A DNA stretch of 64,000 nucleotides from an uncultured Clostridia bacterium (GTDB taxonomy: Bacteria > Bacillota > Clostridia > Christensenellales > UBA1242), in NCBI GenBank assembly GCA_934748015.1, contig CAKVHF010000001.1, positions 188,663 to 252,662 on the forward strand. Direction: 5' to 3'. Both the position numbers and the translations under genes were made by a program. Below, piece by piece: positions 11,559-20,000 of this stretch; the first letter of the stretch is position 1; each line of letters starts with the position of its first letter. The notes below the pieces were generated by a model that was not told where the DNA came from, searched no databases, and saw nothing but the letters and a program-made list of their open reading frames with translations.

Positions 11559-11653
11559 TATTATCGGAAGTTGTCGGCAAACAGCCCAAAGAGATACTTG
11601 CCAGCAACTGATGTTTTTTCAATCTATGTAACCACAATTTATTGTGAATTTGC
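11559..11653 (+). repeat. Structured 95-nt element, tandem copy 2
   Basis: Same length and same flanks as copy 1, 148 nt downstream. The hairpin arms have different sequence (GTTGTCGGCAA / TTGCCAGCAAC) but the same arm length and the same 17-nt loop length. Confidence 0.6.
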
Positions 11654-11697
11654 AATTATTATAAAAATAAAATATCAATAAAAAAAAGGAAAATAAA

Positions 11698-12408
11698 ATG
11701 CTAGAATTAAAGAATTATTCCAAAATATATCCTAATGGTAAAGTAGGTGCTAAGGATATTACGCTGACGGTTGAAGAGGGAGACATATTTGCATTTATCG
11801 GTCACAATGGTGCGGGCAAAACAACTACTATCAAGAGTATCGTTGGTATCAATGACATAACAAGCGGAGATATTATTATTGATGGACATTCTATCAAGAC
11901 TGAGCCTATTGAGTGCAAAAAGATTATTGCATATATCCCAGACAACCCAGATATATATAAGAGCCTAACAGGTATCCAGTACATTAATATCGTAGCGGAT
12001 TTCTATCATATTAGTGCTAAAGATAGAGAAGAACTGACGCTGAAGTATGCCGATATGTTGGAGATCAAAAATGATCTAAATACACCTATATCCAACTATT
12101 CGCACGGCATGAAGCAGAAGCTGGTGCTTATATCCGCTTTCGTTCATCGTCCAAAATTGATCATCATGGATGAGCCGTTTGTAGGACTTGATCCTAAGGC
12201 AAGTTTTACTATCAAAAATGTTATGAAAGAGTTTGTTAAAGACGGTGGGGCAATATTCTTCTCCACACATGTTCTAGAAGTTGCGGAGAAACTATGTAAC
12301 AAGGTGGCAATAATCAAGAATGGTGAAATAGTAACACAAGGCAATATGAAGGATATCAAAAAAGATGAGTCACTAGAACAAGTCTTTATGGAGACTGCCA
12401 ATGACTGA
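11698..12408 (+). CDS. ABC transporter ATP-binding protein
   Basis: Walker A GHNGAGKTT, ABC signature YSHGMKQKL, Walker B LIIMDEPFVGLD. Confidence 0.92.
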   Translation: MLELKNYSKIYPNGKVGAKDITLTVEEGDIFAFIGHNGAGKTTTIKSIVGINDITSGDIIIDGHSIKTEPIECKKIIAYIPDNPDIYKSLTGIQYINIVADFYHISAKDREELTLKYADMLEIKNDLNTPISNYSHGMKQKLVLISAFVHRPKLIIMDEPFVGLDPKASFTIKNVMKEFVKDGGAIFFSTHVLEVAEKLCNKVAIIKNGEIVTQGNMKDIKKDESLEQVFMETAND

Positions 12409-13972
12409 TCTGAAATTGCTGTTAAAACTTAATTTCTTACGATTTATAGCCGTATTTAAGGGTAAGAAAAAAGAACGATCCAATGTGTCGGCGCTGTGTC
12501 TACTAATATTGGCGGTGCTAGGTGTCCTTGCGTTATACTCAGTGCAATGTACGCTTATGTACAAGGATCTTGCGCCTGTGGGACTAGCCAAAATGTGTAT
12601 GTTCCTAGGGGTAATCATCTCGTTATCGGTCTTGATGATTTTTGCTGTTATGCGTACAACCACCAACAATACTGCTGGTGATACCGACTTTTTGATGACT
12701 TTGCCTATCAAGAAGAGTAGTATTATTGTGTCCAAAGTGCTTAGTACATATCTTATGGATCTAGGACTTACTGCACTTACTCTTGCTCCATATTTGGTTA
12801 ATTATCAGATTTTTACCAGGTTCAATTGGGCAACTACTTTCCTTGGTCTTCTTACAATATTTTTGTTGCCACTGCTTAGTGTAGGGGTGACTTATATAGT
12901 CAACTTCTTGGTTGTAAGACTATTTAACCGAACCAAGTACTCTAAGTTGTTCAAGACATTATTTGCTTTGACAATATATTTGGCAATCATGGTGTTACTG
13001 TACACCAAGACCTTTGCAATGAATGATTCTCTTAACTCTAGCAACATTGAAGATTTCTTTGTTGATAGACCTATATCCAATATGTTCTTGAAATTTGTTA
13101 CTGAGCCTAATTGGATATGTGTCTTAGTTGTGCTTGCTATCACACTTATCCCTGCCACTATTGGCTTAGTTGCTTATTATTACAATTTTGGTAAGAGCTT
13201 TGAGAAATTTGCTAATAAATCAGATGTGTTACATTTTGGTGATGGCAAGAGTACATTTGTCAATCTGCTTAACAAGGAAAAATCTGTGTACTTCAATATT
13301 CCAGCTTATGTCATTAATACAATAATTAGCCCAATAATGATTGTGGCACTAAGTGTCGTTGCATGTATATTTATTAACGATGACTTTTGGATGACAATGC
13401 AGGGGATTGGCTTTAGCAAAGATATGATTATTGGCTGTATTGCTATAATATTTAGTGTATTTAACTCCATGGGTTGTATATCTTGTAGTTCTATTTCGCT
13501 AGAAGGTGGCTCTATGTGGATACTTAAGACTATGCCTGTTAACGAGCGATTAATATTTCTGTCCAAAATTGCGTTTCATATAGTTATTCAGTTGCCAGCA
13601 GTGATTGTGGCATCAACCTTGCTTACAATCATTTTGCATTTATCTGCATTACAAACGGCAATCATTTATGCTGTTCCAATATTATTTGTTGTTTTACTTA
13701 GTCTGCTTGGGTTGGTTATCAATTTATGGCTACCTAAGTTCGAGTGGGATAACGAGACACAAGTGGTTAAGTCTAGTATGGCTGTGTTAATGGTTATGGT
13801 GTTTGGCTTGATCATCTCTATCATTCCAATCTTGCTATTTAAGTTCCTTACTGCATTATCTATTCTCAATATCTTTTTGATAACTATAGGACTATATCTA
13901 GCACTTATTGTATTCTTGCTCGTATTCCTTATGACACAGGGTGTTAAGATATTCCGCAAGTTAAATGTGTAA
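12401..13972 (+). CDS. Polytopic ABC exporter permease (523 aa, at least 10 predicted TM helices)
   Basis: Overlaps the ATPase stop by 8 nt (translational coupling). Hydrophobic helices run throughout. No specific family motif recognised. Confidence 0.65.
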   Translation: MTDLKLLLKLNFLRFIAVFKGKKKERSNVSALCLLILAVLGVLALYSVQCTLMYKDLAPVGLAKMCMFLGVIISLSVLMIFAVMRTTTNNTAGDTDFLMTLPIKKSSIIVSKVLSTYLMDLGLTALTLAPYLVNYQIFTRFNWATTFLGLLTIFLLPLLSVGVTYIVNFLVVRLFNRTKYSKLFKTLFALTIYLAIMVLLYTKTFAMNDSLNSSNIEDFFVDRPISNMFLKFVTEPNWICVLVVLAITLIPATIGLVAYYYNFGKSFEKFANKSDVLHFGDGKSTFVNLLNKEKSVYFNIPAYVINTIISPIMIVALSVVACIFINDDFWMTMQGIGFSKDMIIGCIAIIFSVFNSMGCISCSSISLEGGSMWILKTMPVNERLIFLSKIAFHIVIQLPAVIVASTLLTIILHLSALQTAIIYAVPILFVVLLSLLGLVINLWLPKFEWDNETQVVKSSMAVLMVMVFGLIISIIPILLFKFLTALSILNIFLITIGLYLALIVFLLVFLMTQGVKIFRKLNV

Positions 13973-13987
13973 AAAAGTCTTACTTAA

Positions 13988-14029
13988 ATATAAGAGTTTT
14001 GCCTTAGTAGCATGCTCTTATATTTTTTT
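13988..14029 (+). terminator. Intrinsic terminator after the ABC permease gene
   Basis: ATATAAGAG pairs with CTCTTATAT, followed by a T-run. Confidence 0.7.
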
Positions 14030-14150
14030 GTAAATATTATGCAAAATATTTTGAATTTTACAAAATATGTGCAATACTATTCGTGTTATGAATAATATGT
14101 TTTTTGATAACATTTTAATAGGCGAAAATATGTTGTTAGACACTCTAACA

Positions 14151-14276
14151 ATGTCTATTTTTAGTCGTTTTGCTGAAGTAAACGGGGGGGGGGTATTACT
14201 AGATAAAACTAGCAATATCTTAACTTATATAACTAAATATTTCGATCATAACAACTTAAGTCGAGAGTGTTTTTAG
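14151..14276 (+). CDS. Candidate leader mini-ORF A (41 aa) running through the G10 tract and stopping in the terminator loop
   Basis: ATG 14151 lies at the 3' foot of the hairpin. It reads ...EVNGGGVLLDK...NNLSRECF, with TAG at 14274-14276 inside the terminator loop. There is no clear Shine-Dalgarno, so coding status is unproven. Confidence 0.3.
   Translation: MSIFSRFAEVNGGGVLLDKTSNILTYITKYFDHNNLSRECF
14184..14193 (+). repeat. Homopolymeric G10 tract in leader A
   Basis: Counted directly: aac-GGGGGGGGGG-tattactagataa. The homologous tract in copy B is G6. Confidence 0.95.
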
Positions 14277-14296
14277 CCGACTTAGGTTGTTTTTTC
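14250..14296 (+). terminator. Intrinsic terminator/attenuator in leader A
   Basis: AACAACTTAAGTCG (14250-14263) pairs with CGACTTAGGTTGTT (14278-14291), 14 bp including one G-U, followed by TTTTT. Confidence 0.75.
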
Positions 14297-14330
14297 GTTT
14301 GTTATAGAGTGTAGTTGTAATATTGGTAAT

Positions 14331-14415
14331 GGCTGTGGGGCGACCACTGGCGTGGTCTAGTGGGCAAAAACTTTTGCCCACATGCGAGCCTTTCGGCTCG
14401 CATTGCCCCACAGCC
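14331..14415 (+). ncRNA. GC-rich four-way-junction (cloverleaf-like) element, copy A; class unknown
   Basis: P1 GGCTGTGGGGC / GCCCCACAGCC encloses three hairpins: GACCAC-TGGC-GTGGTC, GTGGGCAA..TTGCCCAC and ATGCGAGCC-TTTC-GGCTCGCAT. It is a GC-rich island in AT-rich DNA, with a second copy at 47131-47211. Confidence 0.5.
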
Positions 14416-14516
14416 TCTGCACATAATTAACCAAACTAATTATTTCAGAAATACATAACAAAAACATATTTTAAACAAAATTTCACATTATAAATTATAA
14501 GGAGAAATTACATATA

Positions 14517-16670
14517 ATGACGAAAAATAGAAAAATGTTGGCATTGGCTATCGCACTGGTTATTATGTTAGTAACCGTCAGTGGCACACTTATTGCAGTG
14601 CTAGTTGCTAGTAACCAGAGTGCCCAGTCCAAGGTGCATGTTAAGTACACTAGCAGTGATGTCAATGTCAAGGTTGAGGCAAAATACTATGTCGGATCAA
14701 CTGGTACAGACATGGTAGACAAGAGCAATAGCAATGCAAAATCAATAGAACTGGATGCTAATAAGACTTCAGGTTCACTTGATCAACTTGCATCTGAGGT
14801 CTCACTAAGCAAAACTAATAGCAAAATAATTTATGAATATAAGTTTACTAACTTATCTACAACTATCCCAGCCACTATTGGTCAGTTGGTTGAAAATGGC
14901 AGTGTAGTTGTTCCAAAAGATAGCAATAACAATGTGAAACTAACATATACATCATCGTCATCATCACTAGGTGCTGGAGCAAGCAGTGATGCTACAACTC
15001 TTAACACCCAAGGTCTTCCAGCAGGAACAACAAGATATGTCTATGTTATTGTGTCTATTGTAGAATTACTTAACGATGTAGACTTCGAGGGTACATTTGG
15101 CTGGGATCTAGCAAAAGGTGAGGCTATTACATCCAATACAACTGGAGGAAGCCAATCTATCGTTGTAGACACCACAGACGTGAAATTGTATAACAAATCT
15201 GCTATGGAGAATATACAATTGGTAGTAGGAGTAGAGAACACCGAACCTGACTACCCAATGATAGAAGATAAATGCTTTACAGGGTGGTATTCCGATTCTG
15301 GCCTTAACAATAAGGTAGAATTTCCAATCATCCCAACCGCCGATACTATACTATATCCTAAGCACGAGACAGCGACAAGCGACCTGACATATATGTACGA
15401 GTCAGAATCTTATGCTGTAGGCGATGACACCTTTGGGTATCAGGGCTCAGAGACAGATATTGTTATTCCTGATGTATATGATGATGGAACAAATGGATTA
15501 CATCCTGTTACAAGGATATCATGGTGTGCTTTTGAGTTTGAAGAAGCGTCCGATATGGTTCAAGTAGACATAAATAGTATCTACATGCCTAACACTATAA
15601 CGGAAATAGGCGAGATGGCTTTTTATGAATGCAGAATATCAAGTATTTTCATTCCGTCCAGTGTAACCATTTTACAGTATACTGCAATTAGTACTTGTCC
15701 AAACTTAACTAATATAGAAGTAGACAGTAATAATGCAACATATCGTAGTGAAAGTAATTGTATAATAGATAGGGCTACTAATGAGTTGGTATATGGCTGT
15801 GTTAACTCTAATATACCAGAAAGTGTCACTAGTATAGGATCTTCTGCCTTTTCTGATTGCAGTGGCTTAACAAGTATAACCATTGGATCAGGTGTCACCA
15901 GTATAGGGGATTCTGCCTTTTCTGGATGCAGTGGCTTAACAAGTATAATAATTCCAGATAGTGTAACTAGTATAAGTGATTCTGCCTTTTCTGGATGCAG
16001 TGGCTTAACAAGTATAACAATTTCCAATAGTGTCACTAGTATAGGATCTTATGCCTTTGATGGATGCAGTGGCTTAACAAGTATAACAGTATCTAGTGGT
16101 AACACAGTATATCGCAGTGAAGGAAATTGTATAATAGAGAAATCCTCTAATACATTAATACTAGGTTGTAAAAATTCAATTATTCCTAGCGGTGTCATCA
16201 GTATAGGGATGAATGCCTTTTTTGATTGCAGTGGCTTAACAAGTATAACAATTCCAGATAGTGTAACCAGTATAGGGGAGAATGTCTTTCGAAATTGCAG
16301 TGGCTTAACAAGTATAACCATTGGATCAGGTGTCACCAGTATAGGGATAAGTGCTTTTTCTTATTGTAGTGGCTTAACAAGTATAACAATTCCAGATAGT
16401 GTCACCAGTATAGAATACTCTGCCTTTTCTGATTGCAGTGGCTTAACAAGTATAACTATAGGTAGCGGAGTGAAACACATAGGAAACAACGCATTTAGCA
16501 ATTGTTCAAAACTAACTAGTGCAACTTTTAAGAATACAACCGGCTGGACTGTAACCACCTCTAGCACAGCAACGACTGGTACAGCAGTAACAATATCAAC
16601 AACTGATCTTGCTGCCAATGCGACACTATTGAAAACTACACATGTAAGTAAGTATTGGAACAGAGCATAG
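14517..16670 (+). CDS. Membrane-anchored surface protein, paralog 2 (717 aa; N-domain + Listeria/Bacteroides-type repeat + long BspA-type LRR array)
   Basis: RBS AAGGAG. Signal anchor MTKNRKMLALAIALVIMLVTVSGTLIAVLVA. Contains CFTGWYSD...LYPK. About 9 near-identical 23-aa LRR units (SVTSIGxSAFSxCSGLTSITI). C-terminal tail NATLLKTTHVSKYWNRA. Confidence 0.85.
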   Translation: MTKNRKMLALAIALVIMLVTVSGTLIAVLVASNQSAQSKVHVKYTSSDVNVKVEAKYYVGSTGTDMVDKSNSNAKSIELDANKTSGSLDQLASEVSLSKTNSKIIYEYKFTNLSTTIPATIGQLVENGSVVVPKDSNNNVKLTYTSSSSSLGAGASSDATTLNTQGLPAGTTRYVYVIVSIVELLNDVDFEGTFGWDLAKGEAITSNTTGGSQSIVVDTTDVKLYNKSAMENIQLVVGVENTEPDYPMIEDKCFTGWYSDSGLNNKVEFPIIPTADTILYPKHETATSDLTYMYESESYAVGDDTFGYQGSETDIVIPDVYDDGTNGLHPVTRISWCAFEFEEASDMVQVDINSIYMPNTITEIGEMAFYECRISSIFIPSSVTILQYTAISTCPNLTNIEVDSNNATYRSESNCIIDRATNELVYGCVNSNIPESVTSIGSSAFSDCSGLTSITIGSGVTSIGDSAFSGCSGLTSIIIPDSVTSISDSAFSGCSGLTSITISNSVTSIGSYAFDGCSGLTSITVSSGNTVYRSEGNCIIEKSSNTLILGCKNSIIPSGVISIGMNAFFDCSGLTSITIPDSVTSIGENVFRNCSGLTSITIGSGVTSIGISAFSYCSGLTSITIPDSVTSIEYSAFSDCSGLTSITIGSGVKHIGNNAFSNCSKLTSATFKNTTGWTVTTSSTATTGTAVTISTTDLAANATLLKTTHVSKYWNRA
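15822..16530 (+). repeat. Intragenic tandem 69-nt (23-aa LRR) repeats, near-identical at the DNA level
   Basis: The core tgcagtggcttaacaagtataac recurs about every 69 nt in two blocks (about 15822-16097 and about 16190-16530). Confidence 0.85.
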
Positions 16671-16764
16671 TTGTTATTTTGTTATAAGTGTGCTGTAGGA
16701 TAATAATATTTTACATTTAACAATGTAATTATTTGTACTTAATAATAAATTTGTAATATACAGA

Positions 16765-16807
16765 AACTTTATAAGCATTTATAAACGATTGCTTATAAAG
16801 TTTTTTT
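16765..16807 (+). terminator. Intrinsic terminator after paralog 2
   Basis: AACTTTATAAGC pairs with GCTTATAAAGTT, followed by a T-run. The same stem sequence recurs after paralog 4 (36981-37020). Confidence 0.8.
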
Positions 16808-17050
16808 GTGTTTGTATCAAGATGCTAATATGGTGCTGGCAATATTATTTTTTTATTTTTTGTCCGTATTTTTTTGCTTAAATGTTTTAAAATCTCGGTA
16901 GTAATTAATGGTTTTTGGACAAAAATTTACAAAATTTGATATATAATGCCAAAAAGTTTGATTTTTTGGAATAAAAAGAGTAGAGTAAAAACAATTGTGA
17001 AAAATGTTAATAGGCACTATATTTCGTTTGGTTTAGGAGAAAAATTGAAG

Positions 17051-20000
17051 ATGAGATCGATTGCTAAGAACTTATTATATATAGTAGGCATAGTGTGTCT
17101 ACTCTTTTTGTGTTCTTATGCGTTTGTGGCATGTGGGGATGTAAATATATCTAGCCTAACAATAGATATTGATGATAGTTCTTATACATATGATGCAGAT
17201 AGTAAGACTATAAAATTTGCTTATGGCGAATTGGATAATAAGCTAGAAACACTGCTAGCGTCTATTACGGTTACTGCCCATTATGATGACGACTCTGAGG
17301 TTGCAATTATTGAGGGTGATGATTATAAGTTCTCCACAGACATTGTTAAACCTTCTACTGGCAATATTGCACCTGGTAGTTATTATATCCAATACACATG
17401 TGGTGGCAAAAGAGTAAAAATAAATATAGTTGTAGCGTCAACCATTGTTTCTGTCCCACAACTATCGCTAGATACTATCAATGTCGATGAAGGTGGGGTA
17501 ATTAACTTAGAGTACAACAAAGACGGCTATGACCTGCTAGATTTAGGCATATTTGACAATATTTCTGATAAGATCACAATAGGTGGTGATACATTTGCAA
17601 CCGAAGTGGGAGAGTATACAATTACTTTTGCATGTGCTGATCGCAATTATTCTTGGTCAGACGGAACAAAGGGAACAGTTGCTAAGACTGTGACTTGGAA
17701 GATTGTCCCTAAGGCTGTGTTAGTCCCACAATTTACGACCTTATTTTATGAGTATAACCATGACGATAACTACAATGGTATTGCAAATAGTCTAATCGTC
17801 CCTAGTGCTTTTGATAACGATGTATTGACTATTTCCGGTGATCTCAACGCAACTGATGTCGGAGTGTATAATGCAGTAATAAGCCTGAAAGATAGCCACA
17901 ATTATGTATTTGCTGATGGAGCAATGACTAATATCCGTTGGTATATAACTAAGAGGACTTTGGCTGTTCCGACCTTGACTAGCAATCATGTGTCATACTG
18001 TAGTTATGTTGAGCCTTTGGCACAAAGCCCTTATATTAACTTAGACAGTAATTATATTGAAGAAATAATGAACTTTAACACTGGCATCACAGACACAGAA
18101 GGCTTGATCGGTAAGCATACTGCAACTATTGAGATAGATAGTAATTATCGCAATAATTTCCAGTTTGAAGATAATGTATATGTTAAGACTATTGATTGGT
18201 ATCTAGACAAGGGCAGTTATGTTGATATCAATGGTAACTCTCTGTGGACTTTGCCTCAAGATTATGTAATTGCTACAGATAACAATGGCAAAGATATTGA
18301 GTTTGGTGCAGTCTTGGGTGATATAATCGACACAGTTAAGTTGTGCAATGCATGGAAGGATGTCAGCAAGCAAAACCTGGTGGGAGAATATATATTTGAT
18401 AGCAATGCAAAACTATCATATAGCAGTGATTTAGGCAATGCATCTGGCAGTCGTATAATTAATGTCAATATTACATTCCGTCACGGCAGTGGTTATTACA
18501 ATGACGCAATAGTTTCAGTGCCGGTGTTTGTCCACAATATAACTATTGATATTACTCCAGCATGGATTACATCCGCTAGCATGGTGTATGATGGCACAGC
18601 CAAGAGTGTAACGGATAGTGTAGAATGTGACAAAATCTCCAGCATAGAATATTCTTATGCTTATTGTGATGTAGCAACTGGTGAGTACACTCCAATTGAT
18701 GCAAGCGAAATAATAGATGCTGGCACTTATAGAGCAACTGCACACTATGTGTATGACAAGAATCAGTACAGACTATGTATTGGTGATGAGTATTCCGATT
18801 ATTCTACTTATAATTTTGTTATATCCAAGCAGGTTGTTGATGTCGATGATGCTGATATTATATCTGTTGCAAACAACAATACAACATACAATGGCAAATA
18901 TCAGGCTTGCAGTATCTCGCTTAACCCTAAATATAGCCAAGATTTTGATATAACCATTAAGTATTATGCGTTTGACAATCTTATCACAAGTACGCTTTCC
19001 AATCCTAGTGGTTTGCCAAAAGATGTATTGCTAGACATAGACGGCAATGTAGTCAGTTATAGTGTGATTGTAGAGATTGATGCATCCAAGTCTAACAATT
19101 ATGTTCTTTTGAGCAACAACAAGATTTTGGTCAATGGTGGCTTTACTATATCCAAAGCGGTTGTTGTGTTTGATGACTTTATAACTTTGCCGGAGATAAT
19201 TATATATCAGTTGCAAAATACTGATAACTTGACAGTGCCTAGATGTGACTTTAGAGGCGTTAATGAAGAGATAGTAACTGACGCAGAATTTGAGATTGTC
19301 AGCATTGATAATATTGCACGTGATGACGATAGTGTAGAGGTGATCTTTAACATTGTATCCAACAATTACGAAGGCTTGATAGGGGTAATGGCGGAAGTAA
19401 GGCCATTGACAACATCTATCACATATAACAACACTAAGATTTCTTTCCAAGACCTATGTGATATGGAAGAGATTGCGGTCGGTGATGAACTCTTAGTAAC
19501 CACATCGCAAGGGCTAAAACTATATCTAGATGGCGTAGAAACAGATACAATATGTCTTGATACAGCCAACACGGATGTTACTTTGACTATTGCTATTGAC
19601 GAAGAAAATGTTATATTTACTAAAACTTTGCATGTATTTAATCGCAACATAATCCCTAGCATTATCATTACTGACGGCGAAAGATCGATGAGTTGCAATA
19701 TCCACGCAATGTACGAGAATGAATTGGATAATGCTGTAGTCTATAGATATGATTATCTTTCTCGTTCAGTAACAATAACTTTTGATGGCAATATTGCAGA
19801 AAAATATCAATTGTATCTGTCTATAGATAATAGCGATAATATCTTGCTAGAAGACGGCAAAATAACAATTGCAGATGTAAGACTTTGTGACCATATAGAG
19901 GTAACCTACACACAAGATTGCAAAACAATGTCTGCATTGATGTTGTATTTTGAAGAAATCACTGCAATAAATATAGTAAGTGCTACATACAAGAATTTAA

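Larger units (their letters stand above)
14051..14296 (+). promoter_or_regulatory. Conserved leader module, copy A: putative promoter, covarying hairpin, G10 tract, mini-ORF, intrinsic terminator
   Basis: TTGAAT (14051-14056) with an AATACT/ATACTA -10 candidate near 14073-14079. Hairpin TTGTTAGA-CAC-TCTAACAA (14133-14151). G10 at 14184-14193. Terminator at 14250-14296. The module is homologous to 46879-47118. Confidence 0.55.

Noticed and set aside
11496-11681. 61-aa ORF in the AbrB-ABC intergenic region
   Set aside because: It spans the spacer and the second tandem structured element. It has no RBS and no counterpart in the first element. Treating the region as non-coding structure explains it better.
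14171-14200. G tract acting as a promoter-spacer length switch (TTGCTG ... TATTAC)
   Set aside because: The -35-like hexamer is not conserved in copy B. A covarying hairpin and better promoter candidates lie further upstream, which places the tract inside the transcript rather than in a promoter spacer. This is not fully excluded without TSS mapping.
14067-14276. Full-length 69-aa and 61-aa ORFs (14067-14276, 46913-47098) as ordinary protein genes
   Set aside because: Their N-terminal halves are unrelated and lack an RBS. Only the part downstream of the shared hairpin-foot ATG is conserved. I therefore report only the ~40-codon mini-ORF, at low confidence and as part of a leader.
15822-16530. 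Regularly spaced repeats resembling a CRISPR array
   Set aside because: The period is 69 nt with no unique spacers. The repeats are in frame within a long ORF and encode leucine-rich repeat units. No cas genes are present.
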